From Deltaproteobacteria bacterium (GTDB lineage Bacteria; Myxococcota; Kuafuiibacteriia; Kuafuiibacteriales; Kuafuiibacteriaceae), in the NCBI GenBank assembly GCA_040218735.1, contig JAVJQW010000019.1:256001-320000 (forward strand): a DNA stretch of 64,000 nt. The letters are read 5' to 3'. Position 1 is the stretch's first letter. Each line of letters begins with the position of its first letter. A program made the translations under genes and the position numbers. This document shows, piece after piece, positions 9,004 through 18,023 of this stretch. Under the pieces are notes generated by a model. It was given only the letters and a program-made list of their open reading frames with translations, searched no databases and was not told the origin of the DNA.

Positions 9004-10026
9004 ATGGCGAAGCTCCCCCGGTTGGTCTGGCTGATCCCTTCGGTTGCGTTCCTCGGTGTCACGACCTGGGCCTTCGCCGCGCTGAACCAGCCCGCGCCCA
9101 TGGCCGACTGGCCCGAACATGTCGTGGAGGAGGAGCCGCCGGTGATGCGACCGCCGGCGCCGGTCCGTGCTCCGCCGCGGCGCTCGCTGCTCGCCCAGGT
9201 TCGGCCAGCGCCCGCACCCGAGGTGTCCGCGCCGGTCGACCTCATGAACGCGTTGTCGCCGTCGCCCGAGCACACCGTCGCGTTCGTCGAGGTCGCGGCG
9301 TTGTGGCGCGCGCCGATCGGGCGTGCGTTCGAAGCTTGCCTTGCGCGGGAGTCGAAACGCGAGCAGTTCGAGATCACGACGATGGCCAACGCGGTCGAGC
9401 GCATCGCGACCGACGGGCGGGTGCTGGCGATCGAGGGCGACTTCACGTCCTCCGCGGTGCACGAGGTGCTGTTCGGCGACCGCGAGATGACGCCCTACGG
9501 CGACGGCACCGAGCTGTACGCCGGGCGCGGCGCGAAGGTCTCGGATCGACTCGTCGTCGTCGGCAAACACCACGGCAGCGACGTGCGCGGCGCCGTGGAT
9601 CGCGCGGAGGGCCGTGCTGCGACGGCGCCGCCGACGTTGGATCGGTACGGCGAGGTGTCGATGCAGCTCCCGCCCCGTGTGCTCGGTCGGGTGCTCGACG
9701 ACTTCGTCGACGTGGATCCGGAGGAGATCATCGCGGTCGAGCGGGCGACGCTCCACGTCGACGCGGTCGACGACGTCATCCTCACGCTCGAGCTCTTCGG
9801 CTCGGACCCCCACGCCCTCGCCGGCCTCCGCGACAGCCTCGGCCTCGCCGCTGCGGCGCTGCGCGGCGGAGGCGGGTTCACGTCCCCGAACGGCCCGCGC
9901 GTCGACGACGTGCAGGTCGCGCAGGAGGACGGGCGGCTGACGGTGATGGTGCAGATGAAGCCCGAGGAAGCGATCCGCATCATCCCGGACTGCCGTCGTG
10001 GCGCGCCGGAGGAGGTGATTCGGTAG
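9004..10026 (+). CDS. Hypothetical N-terminally anchored protein
   Basis: ATG 9004 (MAKLPRLVW) followed by TM segment and Pro-rich linker; upstream part of the track ORF overlaps the thioesterase. Confidence 0.7.
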   Translation: MAKLPRLVWLIPSVAFLGVTTWAFAALNQPAPMADWPEHVVEEEPPVMRPPAPVRAPPRRSLLAQVRPAPAPEVSAPVDLMNALSPSPEHTVAFVEVAALWRAPIGRAFEACLARESKREQFEITTMANAVERIATDGRVLAIEGDFTSSAVHEVLFGDREMTPYGDGTELYAGRGAKVSDRLVVVGKHHGSDVRGAVDRAEGRAATAPPTLDRYGEVSMQLPPRVLGRVLDDFVDVDPEEIIAVERATLHVDAVDDVILTLELFGSDPHALAGLRDSLGLAAAALRGGGGFTSPNGPRVDDVQVAQEDGRLTVMVQMKPEEAIRIIPDCRRGAPEEVIR

Positions 10027-10035
10027 GGGGCTTAG

Positions 10036-10213
10036 CGGCCTCAGCCTAGAGGCCCTTCACGCAGCTCCGCTGCGCGGACCTGCTGGGCACAGCCGTCGTA
10101 CCGACCGCTCCGCGGTCGGCCTCCGTCTAGAGGCCCTTCACGCAGCTCCGCTGCGCGGACCTGCTGGGCACAGGCTTCGGACCGCTCGCATTCGCGAGCG
10201 GCCTCCGTCTAGA
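10036..10213. repeat. Tandem 81-82 bp repeat (2 units plus partial) between convergent genes
   Basis: Identical 47 bp core CTAGAGGCCCTTCACGCAGCTCCGCTGCGCGGACCTGCTGGGCACAG at 10046-10092 and 10127-10173; each followed by a different hairpin. Confidence 0.9.
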
Positions 10214-12599
10214 ACTTCAGGCGGACTTCGTTGGAGCCGCGGCGGGGGATTTTCACGTTGATCTCCCGGTCGATGCCGGACTCGTCGTTCACCACGCGCA
10301 GCGTGTGGGCGCCGACGGGGAGGTTCGCTTCGACCGGGGTCGTGCCGAGGTGGCGGCCGCGGAAGTAGACGTTGGCCCAGCTCCCGAAGGGCGCCTGGAG
10401 GATGACCTTCCGGCGCGCCGGTGCCTGCGACTTGCCCTCTTCCAGCTTCACGTCGACGGACTGGATCGGCTTTTCGCCGGTCAGCGTGACGGTCTCTTCG
10501 AAGGTCTGGTGCCCGTCGAGCTCCACGACCACCTCGATGGGTTTGTCGAGCTCGAGGCCCTGCAGGTTCACCGTGCCGGTGCCGCGATCCTTGTCGTTCA
10601 CGATCACGGTCGCCTCCGGCGGCGACGGGCGGATCGTCAGCGAGCCACTCACCGCCTCCAGCTTTTCGTTGAGCTCGAGCGCGGCGCCTTCGGTCGGGTT
10701 GATCTCCCGCGTCACCTTCTTGAAGCCGTTGAGCTGCAGCTCGATTGTCAGCTTCTGGTTCGCGATGACGTTCACGATGACCGGCGTCGGATCCGGATGC
10801 GCCCGCCCGTTCACCGTCACCAGCGCGCCGGGGGGCTGCGTCGAGATCGCGAGCGGCACCTCGACGATCGCCGTCTCGCCGGGCCCCACCACGAGGAGCG
10901 CCGCGATGACGACGATCGCAGCAATCGCGAGCAGCCCGCCCGCGACGACGTTCATCTTCGACGCTCGACGCGGCGCGACGCCCCCGAGGTCGTTGCTCCC
11001 GAGCGGCACGACCAGCTGCTCGCTCTCCTGCATCGGCTGAGGCGGCGGCGAGTACGTCGGCGGCGGCGACACACTCTGGTTCGGCGGCGTGTACGGCGCG
11101 GGCGCCGGGCTCCCCGACGGCGGCGAGCTGCTCGGCGTGAACATCGGACGGCTCACGACCGGCGCGGGGATCGGATCCTCCTCCGGCATCGTGTTGATGT
11201 TGGAGTTGCTCGGGAGCGTCTGCGCGAACGGATCTTCGACGTCGTCGTCGTACCCGGCCACCGGCCCGTGCTCGATCGTCGGGTCGGCGGACTCGTACGT
11301 CGGCGGGAGCTCGGTCGGCGTGGTCGGGTCGCCGCTCGAAGCGTCGAACAGCCCGGACGGATCCCCGACCGGATCGTGCGTCGGCGGGAGCGTGTCGACG
11401 CCGGACGGACCCGCCGAGACGATCTGCGGCAGCCCTTTCACCGGCGTCATCTTCAGGACGGTCGGGGCGTCGAAGTCTTCGGAGTCCTCTTCGAGCGCCG
11501 CCTCGACGTCCGACGAGCGCAAGTCTTCTTGCGTCTCCAACAACCCCGACGATCCGTTCGGCGGGATCTGCTCGGCGGTCTGCGGATCCTCGACGCCCGG
11601 CAGGTTCAGGCTCTTCGGATCCGCCGCGGTCGGCGTGCGGTTCGCGCGCTCCGGGAACAGATCCGACAGCAGCTTCGTGACCGCGCTGTCACCCGCCGCC
11701 ATGTCCTTGCGCGCGTGGGTCAGCTCCATCGCGTACTCGGTGACGGCGTCGGCGAGCGCCTGGCCGGAGGCGTACCGTTCGTCCGGGTTCTTCGCGAGCG
11801 CCTTCAGACAGATCTCGTCCAGGCGCCGTGACACCGGCGCGCCGCGCTCCGACGGCGCCGGGACCTTCTTGCCCAGGACGTTCTCGATGGTCTCGACCGC
11901 CGACGGTCCCGCGAACGGGTTCTCGCCGACGAGCAGCTCGTAGAGCAGGACACCCACCGAGAAGACGTCCACCCGGGAGTCGACCTTCTCTTCCTTCAGA
12001 CGCTCGGGCGCCATGTAGGCGTACTTGCCTTTGACGATGCCGGCGGCGGTCTGGTGCAGGCGCTCCGCGGCGGTCGCGATCCCGAAGTCGGTGATCTTCA
12101 CCTCCCCTTCGAACGACAGCAGGACGTTCTGCGGAGAGATGTCGCGGTGGATGATGCCGAGTGGACGTCCGTCCGCCCCGGTGCGCGTGTGTGCGAAGTG
12201 CAGCCCCTTCGAGATCTCGGCGACGAGGTAGAGCGCCATCGGCGGCTCGATCCACCGGTTCTTCGAAGCGATGCGTTCGTAGAGGTCGTACAGGTTGACG
12301 CCGTGCACGAACTCCATCGCGATGAAGTAGGTGTCGCCGACTTTGTCGAGGTCGAAGACTTGGACGATGTTGCGGTGATGCAGGTGCATCGCGATCCGCG
12401 CCTCGTCGATGAACATCTTCACGAACTCTTCGTCGCGCGTGAAGTTGGCGTGGATCAGCTTCACCGCCACGAGGCGTTGGAAGCCCATCGCCCCGACGGC
12501 CTTCGCCAGGAACACCTCCGCCATACCGCCCGATGCAATGCGGTTGATGACTTGGTAGCGACCGAGCGTTGGGAACTCTTCGGCTTGCGTCGAGGTCAT
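10209..12599 (-). CDS. Ser/Thr protein kinase with TM helix and C-terminal PEGA domains
   Basis: IASGGMAEVF, VAVK, HRDISPQN, KITDFG, YMAPE, DVFSVG; Pro-rich linker, TM, PEGA-like STQPPGALVTVNG; start taken at MTSTQAEEF. Confidence 0.95.
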   Translation of the reverse strand: MTSTQAEEFPTLGRYQVINRIASGGMAEVFLAKAVGAMGFQRLVAVKLIHANFTRDEEFVKMFIDEARIAMHLHHRNIVQVFDLDKVGDTYFIAMEFVHGVNLYDLYERIASKNRWIEPPMALYLVAEISKGLHFAHTRTGADGRPLGIIHRDISPQNVLLSFEGEVKITDFGIATAAERLHQTAAGIVKGKYAYMAPERLKEEKVDSRVDVFSVGVLLYELLVGENPFAGPSAVETIENVLGKKVPAPSERGAPVSRRLDEICLKALAKNPDERYASGQALADAVTEYAMELTHARKDMAAGDSAVTKLLSDLFPERANRTPTAADPKSLNLPGVEDPQTAEQIPPNGSSGLLETQEDLRSSDVEAALEEDSEDFDAPTVLKMTPVKGLPQIVSAGPSGVDTLPPTHDPVGDPSGLFDASSGDPTTPTELPPTYESADPTIEHGPVAGYDDDVEDPFAQTLPSNSNINTMPEEDPIPAPVVSRPMFTPSSSPPSGSPAPAPYTPPNQSVSPPPTYSPPPQPMQESEQLVVPLGSNDLGGVAPRRASKMNVVAGGLLAIAAIVVIAALLVVGPGETAIVEVPLAISTQPPGALVTVNGRAHPDPTPVIVNVIANQKLTIELQLNGFKKVTREINPTEGAALELNEKLEAVSGSLTIRPSPPEATVIVNDKDRGTGTVNLQGLELDKPIEVVVELDGHQTFEETVTLTGEKPIQSVDVKLEEGKSQAPARRKVILQAPFGSWANVYFRGRHLGTTPVEANLPVGAHTLRVVNDESGIDREINVKIPRRGSNEVRLKF

Positions 12600-12794
12600 C
12601 TTGGCCCTTGGGCGTTGGTCCCCGGGAACCCCAGGGCGTCGAATCGTAGAACGCCCCTTGGCCCGTCGCAAGGCGGGCCGTCCGGACCTCCTCGATGGGC
12701 GGGTGCGCTCCACGGCGATCGGGCTTACGCCGGGTGCCTCCGATTCCTGACGCGTTTTGCGCCGATTTCCCCTGAGCGGTATCTGTGAAGCGGG

Positions 12795-14339
12795 ATGTGG
12801 AGCGTCGTCGGCTGGATTCTCGCGGTCCTCGGGACGATCGCGCTCTTCGGGCTGTTCCTCGTCCTGTTCGTCCTGCTCGCGAACGACGCGCGCCTCAAGC
12901 TGCGTCGCTTCGTCCGCCGGCGTCTCTCGAAGGAGCAGCGGCGCCTCGTCGACAAGTTCTCGGTCCGCACGCAGCCGTTCAAGCTGGAGAAGAAGCGCAC
13001 GGTCCGTGAGCGCCTCCTCGCCGACCCGCAGCTGCTGCAGGATCTCGAGGCGTATGCCGACCGCGAGGGCGAAGCGCTCGAGACGGTGTTGGAGCGGGTC
13101 GTCGATTACGCGGACGAGATCATCCCGTTCTTCAACGTCGTGTCGTACTACCGCGTCGGGTACACGGTCGCGGCGATCGCGATGCGCGCGATGTACCGCG
13201 TCGACGTCGACGCGGAGGAGGTCGCACGAACGCGCGCGTTCCTCGACGAGTCCGACGAAGCGGGACGCGCCGTCGTCTTCGTGATGAACCACCGCAGCAA
13301 CGCGGACTTCGTGTTGGTGGCGTACGTGCTCGCGCGCGCGATCGCGTTGTCGTACGCGGTCGGTGAGTGGGCGCGGGTCTGGCCGCTGGAGTGGTTGTTC
13401 AAGAGCTTCGGCAGCTACTTCGTGCGGCGCGGGTGTCGCGATCCGGCGTATCACCTCACGCTGCGGCGCTACCTGCAGCTCATCACGGAGGAGGGCGTCA
13501 CGCAGGGCATCTTCATCGAGGGTGGGTTGTCGCGTGACGGGCTGTTGCGTCCGGCGAAGAACGGGCTGCTCGATTCGTTGTCGACGCTGCCCGAACGCGA
13601 CGGCGCACCGAAGGAGGTGTGGTTCGTGCCGGTGGGCATCAACTACGACCGCGTCGTCGAGGACGAGGTGCTCACGTCGAAGCTCGAGGAGGCGGGCGGC
13701 CTCGGGAGCGGGTGGACGTACTACGCGCGCGCGATGTCGCGGATCGGGCGGTACTTCTTCACGAACATCCCGCGCTACGTGCTGCGGCGGGTACGGCGCT
13801 TCGGGTACGCGGCGGTGCGGATCGGGAAGCCGTTGCCGATGACGGAGCTGTTCGACGGGCCGATCGCCCAGCTCGTGCCGATGACCCGCGAGGAGCGCAA
13901 ACCTTCGGTGCAGCTCGCGGCGGATCGGCTGCTGAATCGAATCGCGGAAGTGGTGCCGGTGACGCCGGTGGGGTTGGTCGCGGCGTCGATCCTGTTCTTC
14001 GGCGAGGACGAGGGCGAGGACTTCCACGTCACCGAGACCGAGCTCCGCGCGCGGATGCAGCGGCTGACGGACCAGCTCTCGGCGCTCGGCGCGCCGGTCC
14101 TCGGGGTGAAGCGTGGGCTGGATTGGCAGCAGCGCGTGGGGCTGACGATCCTCGAGACCCGCGGTCACCTGCGCCGCGCCGGTGACGTCATCGCGACGCG
14201 CGCGGCGACGCGCCACCTGGTCCGCTACTACGCCAACGGCGTGCGCCATCACCTGGAGCGCGTCGAGGGCACGACGGACGCCTTGGCCCTCGCGGACCGG
14301 GCGGAACGAACCGTCGAGCTGCGCGATTTGGATATCTGA
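12795..14339 (+). CDS. Glycerol-3-phosphate acyltransferase-like (PlsB/PlsC superfamily)
   Basis: NHRSNAD (HX4D), GSYFVRR, FIEGGLSRDG, FVPVGINYDRVVED. Confidence 0.9.
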   Translation: MWSVVGWILAVLGTIALFGLFLVLFVLLANDARLKLRRFVRRRLSKEQRRLVDKFSVRTQPFKLEKKRTVRERLLADPQLLQDLEAYADREGEALETVLERVVDYADEIIPFFNVVSYYRVGYTVAAIAMRAMYRVDVDAEEVARTRAFLDESDEAGRAVVFVMNHRSNADFVLVAYVLARAIALSYAVGEWARVWPLEWLFKSFGSYFVRRGCRDPAYHLTLRRYLQLITEEGVTQGIFIEGGLSRDGLLRPAKNGLLDSLSTLPERDGAPKEVWFVPVGINYDRVVEDEVLTSKLEEAGGLGSGWTYYARAMSRIGRYFFTNIPRYVLRRVRRFGYAAVRIGKPLPMTELFDGPIAQLVPMTREERKPSVQLAADRLLNRIAEVVPVTPVGLVAASILFFGEDEGEDFHVTETELRARMQRLTDQLSALGAPVLGVKRGLDWQQRVGLTILETRGHLRRAGDVIATRAATRHLVRYYANGVRHHLERVEGTTDALALADRAERTVELRDLDI

Positions 14340-14435
14340 GGGGCCGGTCGCGAATGGGCGTCGAGCGTCGCGTACCGTCCGCCCTGTGACCCCCGGCATT
14401 GGCGGTATGCGCGCACCGTGCTACCGCCGAAGACG

Positions 14436-15815
14436 ATGCGGGCGCTGCTGGGTACTTTGCTGTCGGTTACGTTCGTCGCGGGCTGTTACACGTCGATGTC
14501 GTCGTCGCCGCCCCCGCCGCCGTCGTCTCCGCCTCCGCCTCCGCCGCCTCCGATGGCGGACTCGCAGCCGCCGCCTCCGCCGATGCCGACCGACATCATC
14601 GCGGTGTCCGCGGTGCGTGCGGTCGAGACGGAACGTGTCCCGTCGACGACGATCAACGAGCTGTCGCGTCAGCTGGTCCGGGAGCTCGGGCCGGCGGTGC
14701 AGGAGCTGGAGATCGGACAGGAGGGCGGGTGCACGCGCGAGACGTGTCGGCTCGACGCGGCGACGGCGCAGGGCGCCACGCACCTGCTGCACACGCGCCT
14801 CGTCCAGTACGAGGCGGACTGCATCGTGCTGAGCGCGCTGTACGACGTCGCGACGCGCAAGAGCCAGTGGGGCTTCGTGCGGGAGCTGGCGTGTGACGCG
14901 GTGGGGCTGCAGCAGGCGGTGTCGGATCTGACCGCGTCGTTCGCGGGCCGGCAGATCTACGGGCCGGACGATCGCCGCACGATGTTCGCGGTGGCCCCGG
15001 TGCAGCACAAGATCAAGGACCTCGATTGGGCGTCGGAGAGCTTCGGCGAGTACATGACGACGCTGATGGCGGAGGTCGGTTACGCGATGACGCCGGCGTC
15101 GTTGGTCGCGCAGCCGCTGGTCGACGGTGGCCAGAACCCGCACCGCGACTGCCGTCGGAAGAAGTGCACGTTCGGCTTGGGGCACAACGTCCTGGCGCCG
15201 CGGGTGTTGGCGACGGAGATGCGGAAGCGCCGGCGGCGCTGCTCCGTACAGACGTCGATCTGGGACGTCGGCACCGAGACGAGCACCAAGAGCGGCAAGG
15301 CCCGCGGTGGCTGCGAGGCGCAGGACGTCCAGGGGATGCTGCGCCAGATCGTCGAGAAGATCGCCGACCGCCCGGCCGCCCCGGCGCCGATGGCGAAGGA
15401 CGCCGGCATGATCGACTCCGGCATGGACGACGGCGGCATGGACTCCGGCGGCGGCATGGACTCCGGCGGAACGGATTCGTCTGGCGCAAACGGCGGCGGC
15501 GGTGCCTGGGGCTCGGACACGGGCTCCGGCGGCGGCGCGGGCTCCAGCGGCGGCGCGGGCTCCAGCGGCGGCGGCAATTCCGGCGGCGCGATGGACTCCG
15601 GCGGCTCGGGCGGCGCAGGCTCCGGCGGTGGCGCGGGCTCCGGCGGTGGCGCGGGTTCCGGCGGTGGCGCGGGCTCCGGCGGTGGCGCCGCAGAGGACGA
15701 CGATCTCCAGGACGACGACTTCGGCGGCTCGGGCGAGCTCCCGGCCGATCCAGCCCCCGACCCCGAAGCCCCGAGCGACGACCCCGAAGACGACGACCTC
15801 AAAGACGACCTCTAG
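14436..15815 (+). CDS. Lipoprotein with poly-Pro linker, two Cys-containing alpha/beta repeats, Gly/Ser-rich region and acidic tail
   Basis: Lipobox FVAGC; poly-Pro tracts; two C-x3-4-C modules; GGGAGS repeats; alternative GTG start 14418. Confidence 0.75.
   Translation: MRALLGTLLSVTFVAGCYTSMSSSPPPPPSSPPPPPPPPMADSQPPPPPMPTDIIAVSAVRAVETERVPSTTINELSRQLVRELGPAVQELEIGQEGGCTRETCRLDAATAQGATHLLHTRLVQYEADCIVLSALYDVATRKSQWGFVRELACDAVGLQQAVSDLTASFAGRQIYGPDDRRTMFAVAPVQHKIKDLDWASESFGEYMTTLMAEVGYAMTPASLVAQPLVDGGQNPHRDCRRKKCTFGLGHNVLAPRVLATEMRKRRRRCSVQTSIWDVGTETSTKSGKARGGCEAQDVQGMLRQIVEKIADRPAAPAPMAKDAGMIDSGMDDGGMDSGGGMDSGGTDSSGANGGGGAWGSDTGSGGGAGSSGGAGSSGGGNSGGAMDSGGSGGAGSGGGAGSGGGAGSGGGAGSGGGAAEDDDLQDDDFGGSGELPADPAPDPEAPSDDPEDDDLKDDL
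15527..15689 (+). repeat. Intragenic 18 bp tandem repeat encoding GGGAGS
   Basis: GGCGGTGGCGCGGGCTCC and variants repeated in frame. Confidence 0.85.
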
Positions 15816-15822
15816 GATTTGG

Positions 15823-16007
15823 TTTTCGGCGTCGGCCGGGGACGCTCTTCCGGTCAGAAGCCCGTTCGTCTCGCCGGGTGGGGCGGCCCCTCGGCTTCGC
15901 TGTTTGCCGCGGCAGGCGAGCCGAACTGATTCCCTGCCTTACGCTCCCCTACTCGCGTTCCCTGATCCGAGCGACGGCTCGATCGCGATCGCGTGCGGCC
16001 TGAAGTC
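15823..16007 (+). repeat. Structured repeat copy C (internally deleted)
   Basis: 15823-15935 matches 6611-6719; about 15943-16007 resembles 6886-6951. Confidence 0.85.
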
Positions 16008-16119
16008 TCACAGGTCGTGGGCTTCCGCGTCCATGCGTTCATGCATGGAACCGCTTCCGTTCTGGGCGTCGACGGTGCAGCTGCAGCGGTCTATCAATAG
16101 GCCCAGGAGAACGAAGCAA

Positions 16120-16434
16120 GTGCAGCAGACGACCCAGAACGACACCTCCACCACGCTGCGGGCCATGCGTGTCCGCATTCTCGGAGGCACGGAGGAGCCC
16201 TCCGTCCCCAAGGCCGCACAACGTTGGCGCCTCAACCGCAACACCGTTACTTCCGTCATCACGCTCCTCGTGGCCGCCGTGTTCGCGGTCGGCGCGACGA
16301 CCGCGCTCGCCGCGTCGGGACGCAACGCCGAGAAGGAGACGATCGAGCTCGTCCGCGAGCATCAGCCGAAGCTCGAGCGCAAGGACCGCTGGGAGCGCAA
16401 GGCCATCGACCTCGACTTCATGTGGCGCCGCTGA
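16120..16434 (+). CDS. Small single-TM hypothetical protein
   Basis: AGGAG before GTG 16120; TM VTSVITLLVAAVFAVGATTALA; C-terminus WERKAIDLDFMWRR; start uncertain. Confidence 0.6.
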   Translation: MQQTTQNDTSTTLRAMRVRILGGTEEPSVPKAAQRWRLNRNTVTSVITLLVAAVFAVGATTALAASGRNAEKETIELVREHQPKLERKDRWERKAIDLDFMWRR

Positions 16435-16461
16435 GCCTCCGTCCGACGAACGGCGCAGCGC

Positions 16462-17049
16462 TCAACCCGCGAAATCGACCCGGCAGTGCTCACCCTGGGC
16501 GTCGCAGGTCACGATGGTCGAGGACTCCGTCTCGCCTTCGACCTCGTTGAACAGGAGCGTCCAGGCCTCCCCGGACGAGAGGATCTCCATCCGGGCCGCG
16601 CCCCTCTGACCGCGGACGGCGCGTTTCATCTCGTCCACGATCAAGGCGAGTCCACCCTCCAGGAGGAACGCCTCCATGGGCGCCGGTAGATCGATCTTCT
16701 TCTTGTCGGCCCGCTCGAGCTTCGCGAGCTTCTGCGCGCACCGAACCTCCTGCTTCGGGAGCACCACCTTCGCATCGGTCGGCCGGTACCAAACGCACTT
16801 CTCGTGCGCGCGCGTGAAGAACCGTGCGAGCACCTTGGCTTCGAACCGGTGTCCGCGGGCTGCGTAGGGCGTGTTGCGGAGCAAGCGCAGCACGAGCGGG
16901 AGCCGATCCTCCACCTTCTGCAGCCGGCAGCCGCCCTCGACGAGCTCGCGCCACAAGGTCACCACCTCGGACTCACAGGGTTGTGATGTCCACGAGGCGG
17001 GCGGGGCCTGGACCGTCATCAGCGTCACGATCAGCGCAGCGCCCAACAT
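16462..17049 (-). CDS. YARHG-domain secreted protein
   Basis: LRLLRNTPYAARGHRF...LARFF...WYRP fits the YARHG pattern. Confidence 0.75.
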   Translation of the reverse strand: MLGAALIVTLMTVQAPPASWTSQPCESEVVTLWRELVEGGCRLQKVEDRLPLVLRLLRNTPYAARGHRFEAKVLARFFTRAHEKCVWYRPTDAKVVLPKQEVRCAQKLAKLERADKKKIDLPAPMEAFLLEGGLALIVDEMKRAVRGQRGAARMEILSSGEAWTLLFNEVEGETESSTIVTCDAQGEHCRVDFAG

Positions 17050-17157
17050 CGTCGTTTCATCATAGCTCGAGGGTGTCGGACCGCCGATGTGTCGCGCTGG
17101 CCCATGACCGCGTCGATTGGGAGGTCTGTCCTGAGGTCCGCCCGCCGCCGCGGCGGG

Positions 17158-17892
17158 TCAGTCCAGCAGGAGGAAGAGCGCGGCGCTGGCTGCGGCGCCG
17201 CCGACGACGGCCCAGGAGACGTTGGCGCCCACCGCCGTGGGGCCCGGGTCGACGGAGGGATCCGTGTTCGAGGCGCGTGAGATGGTCATGGCACCCAACG
17301 CGGTCCCCGTCGCCGCGGCGGTCACCGCGACACCCGAGCTCACCCAGAACCCGAGTGGGAGGCCCTCGTTCTCGGCGATGGCGATCGGCGCGAGGTGTTC
17401 GGCGACGCCGCCCGCGATCTCCTGCACGGCGGCGAGGACTTCTTCGGCCTCGGGCGCGACGTCGCGGACGTCACGAAAGAGGACGTCGAAGCTCTCTGCT
17501 CGATAGACCTTGATACCCAAACTCAGACGTTCGCCGAGCGGGTCGAGTCGGCCGGTAATCATGAAGTCCGGACTCCCGAAGGCCCCGAACAGCTCCGCCG
17601 CGCACGTGTCATCCGTGCCCTCGCACTCGACGGTGCTCTGGGCGAGCTGCATCCGAACGGCATCTTCGAGATCGTAGACGCCGATGAGTTTCCACCCCGC
17701 AGTGCTCCGCTCGGGGCGCTCGAGCTCCGAGGACAGCGCGAGGATGAAGCGGTCCTCGATCGCCGCCTCGGTCATGGAAGCCTGGGACTTTGCGACCTTC
17801 AGCGCCACACCCACCGTCTGACCCGGCACCGCGGGGGCCGGAGGGGGCGCCGCTTGAGCGGCGAACAAGGCGACGACGAGCGCCAACTGCAT
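17158..17892 (-). CDS. Hypothetical exported protein with C-terminal hydrophobic helices
   Basis: Signal-like MQLALVVALFAAQA; CEGTDDTCAAELFGAFG...ITGRLDPLG module; two C-terminal hydrophobic segments. Confidence 0.7.
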   Translation of the reverse strand: MQLALVVALFAAQAAPPPAPAVPGQTVGVALKVAKSQASMTEAAIEDRFILALSSELERPERSTAGWKLIGVYDLEDAVRMQLAQSTVECEGTDDTCAAELFGAFGSPDFMITGRLDPLGERLSLGIKVYRAESFDVLFRDVRDVAPEAEEVLAAVQEIAGGVAEHLAPIAIAENEGLPLGFWVSSGVAVTAAATGTALGAMTISRASNTDPSVDPGPTAVGANVSWAVVGGAAASAALFLLLD

Positions 17893-18023
17893 GGGTTGGA
17901 TTCTGCGACGTCCTGGAGCAACCCACAACGTCGCGAGCGTCCCCGTCCGAACGGATCGATGTCGGCTACCGCGTGCGGCGCATGTGACTGTGGAGCGGGT
18001 CGTAGATTGAGTAAGCTGCCGTC

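Noticed and set aside
10036-10213. Possible mini CRISPR array
   Set aside because: Only two full repeats; the spacers are related to each other and palindromic; no cas genes or leader.
12600-14399. 1396 aa ORF suggesting a huge N-terminal extension on the Ser/Thr kinase
   Set aside because: The extension is the stop-free antisense frame of the acyltransferase gene, common in high-GC DNA; kinase motifs start right after Met at 12599.
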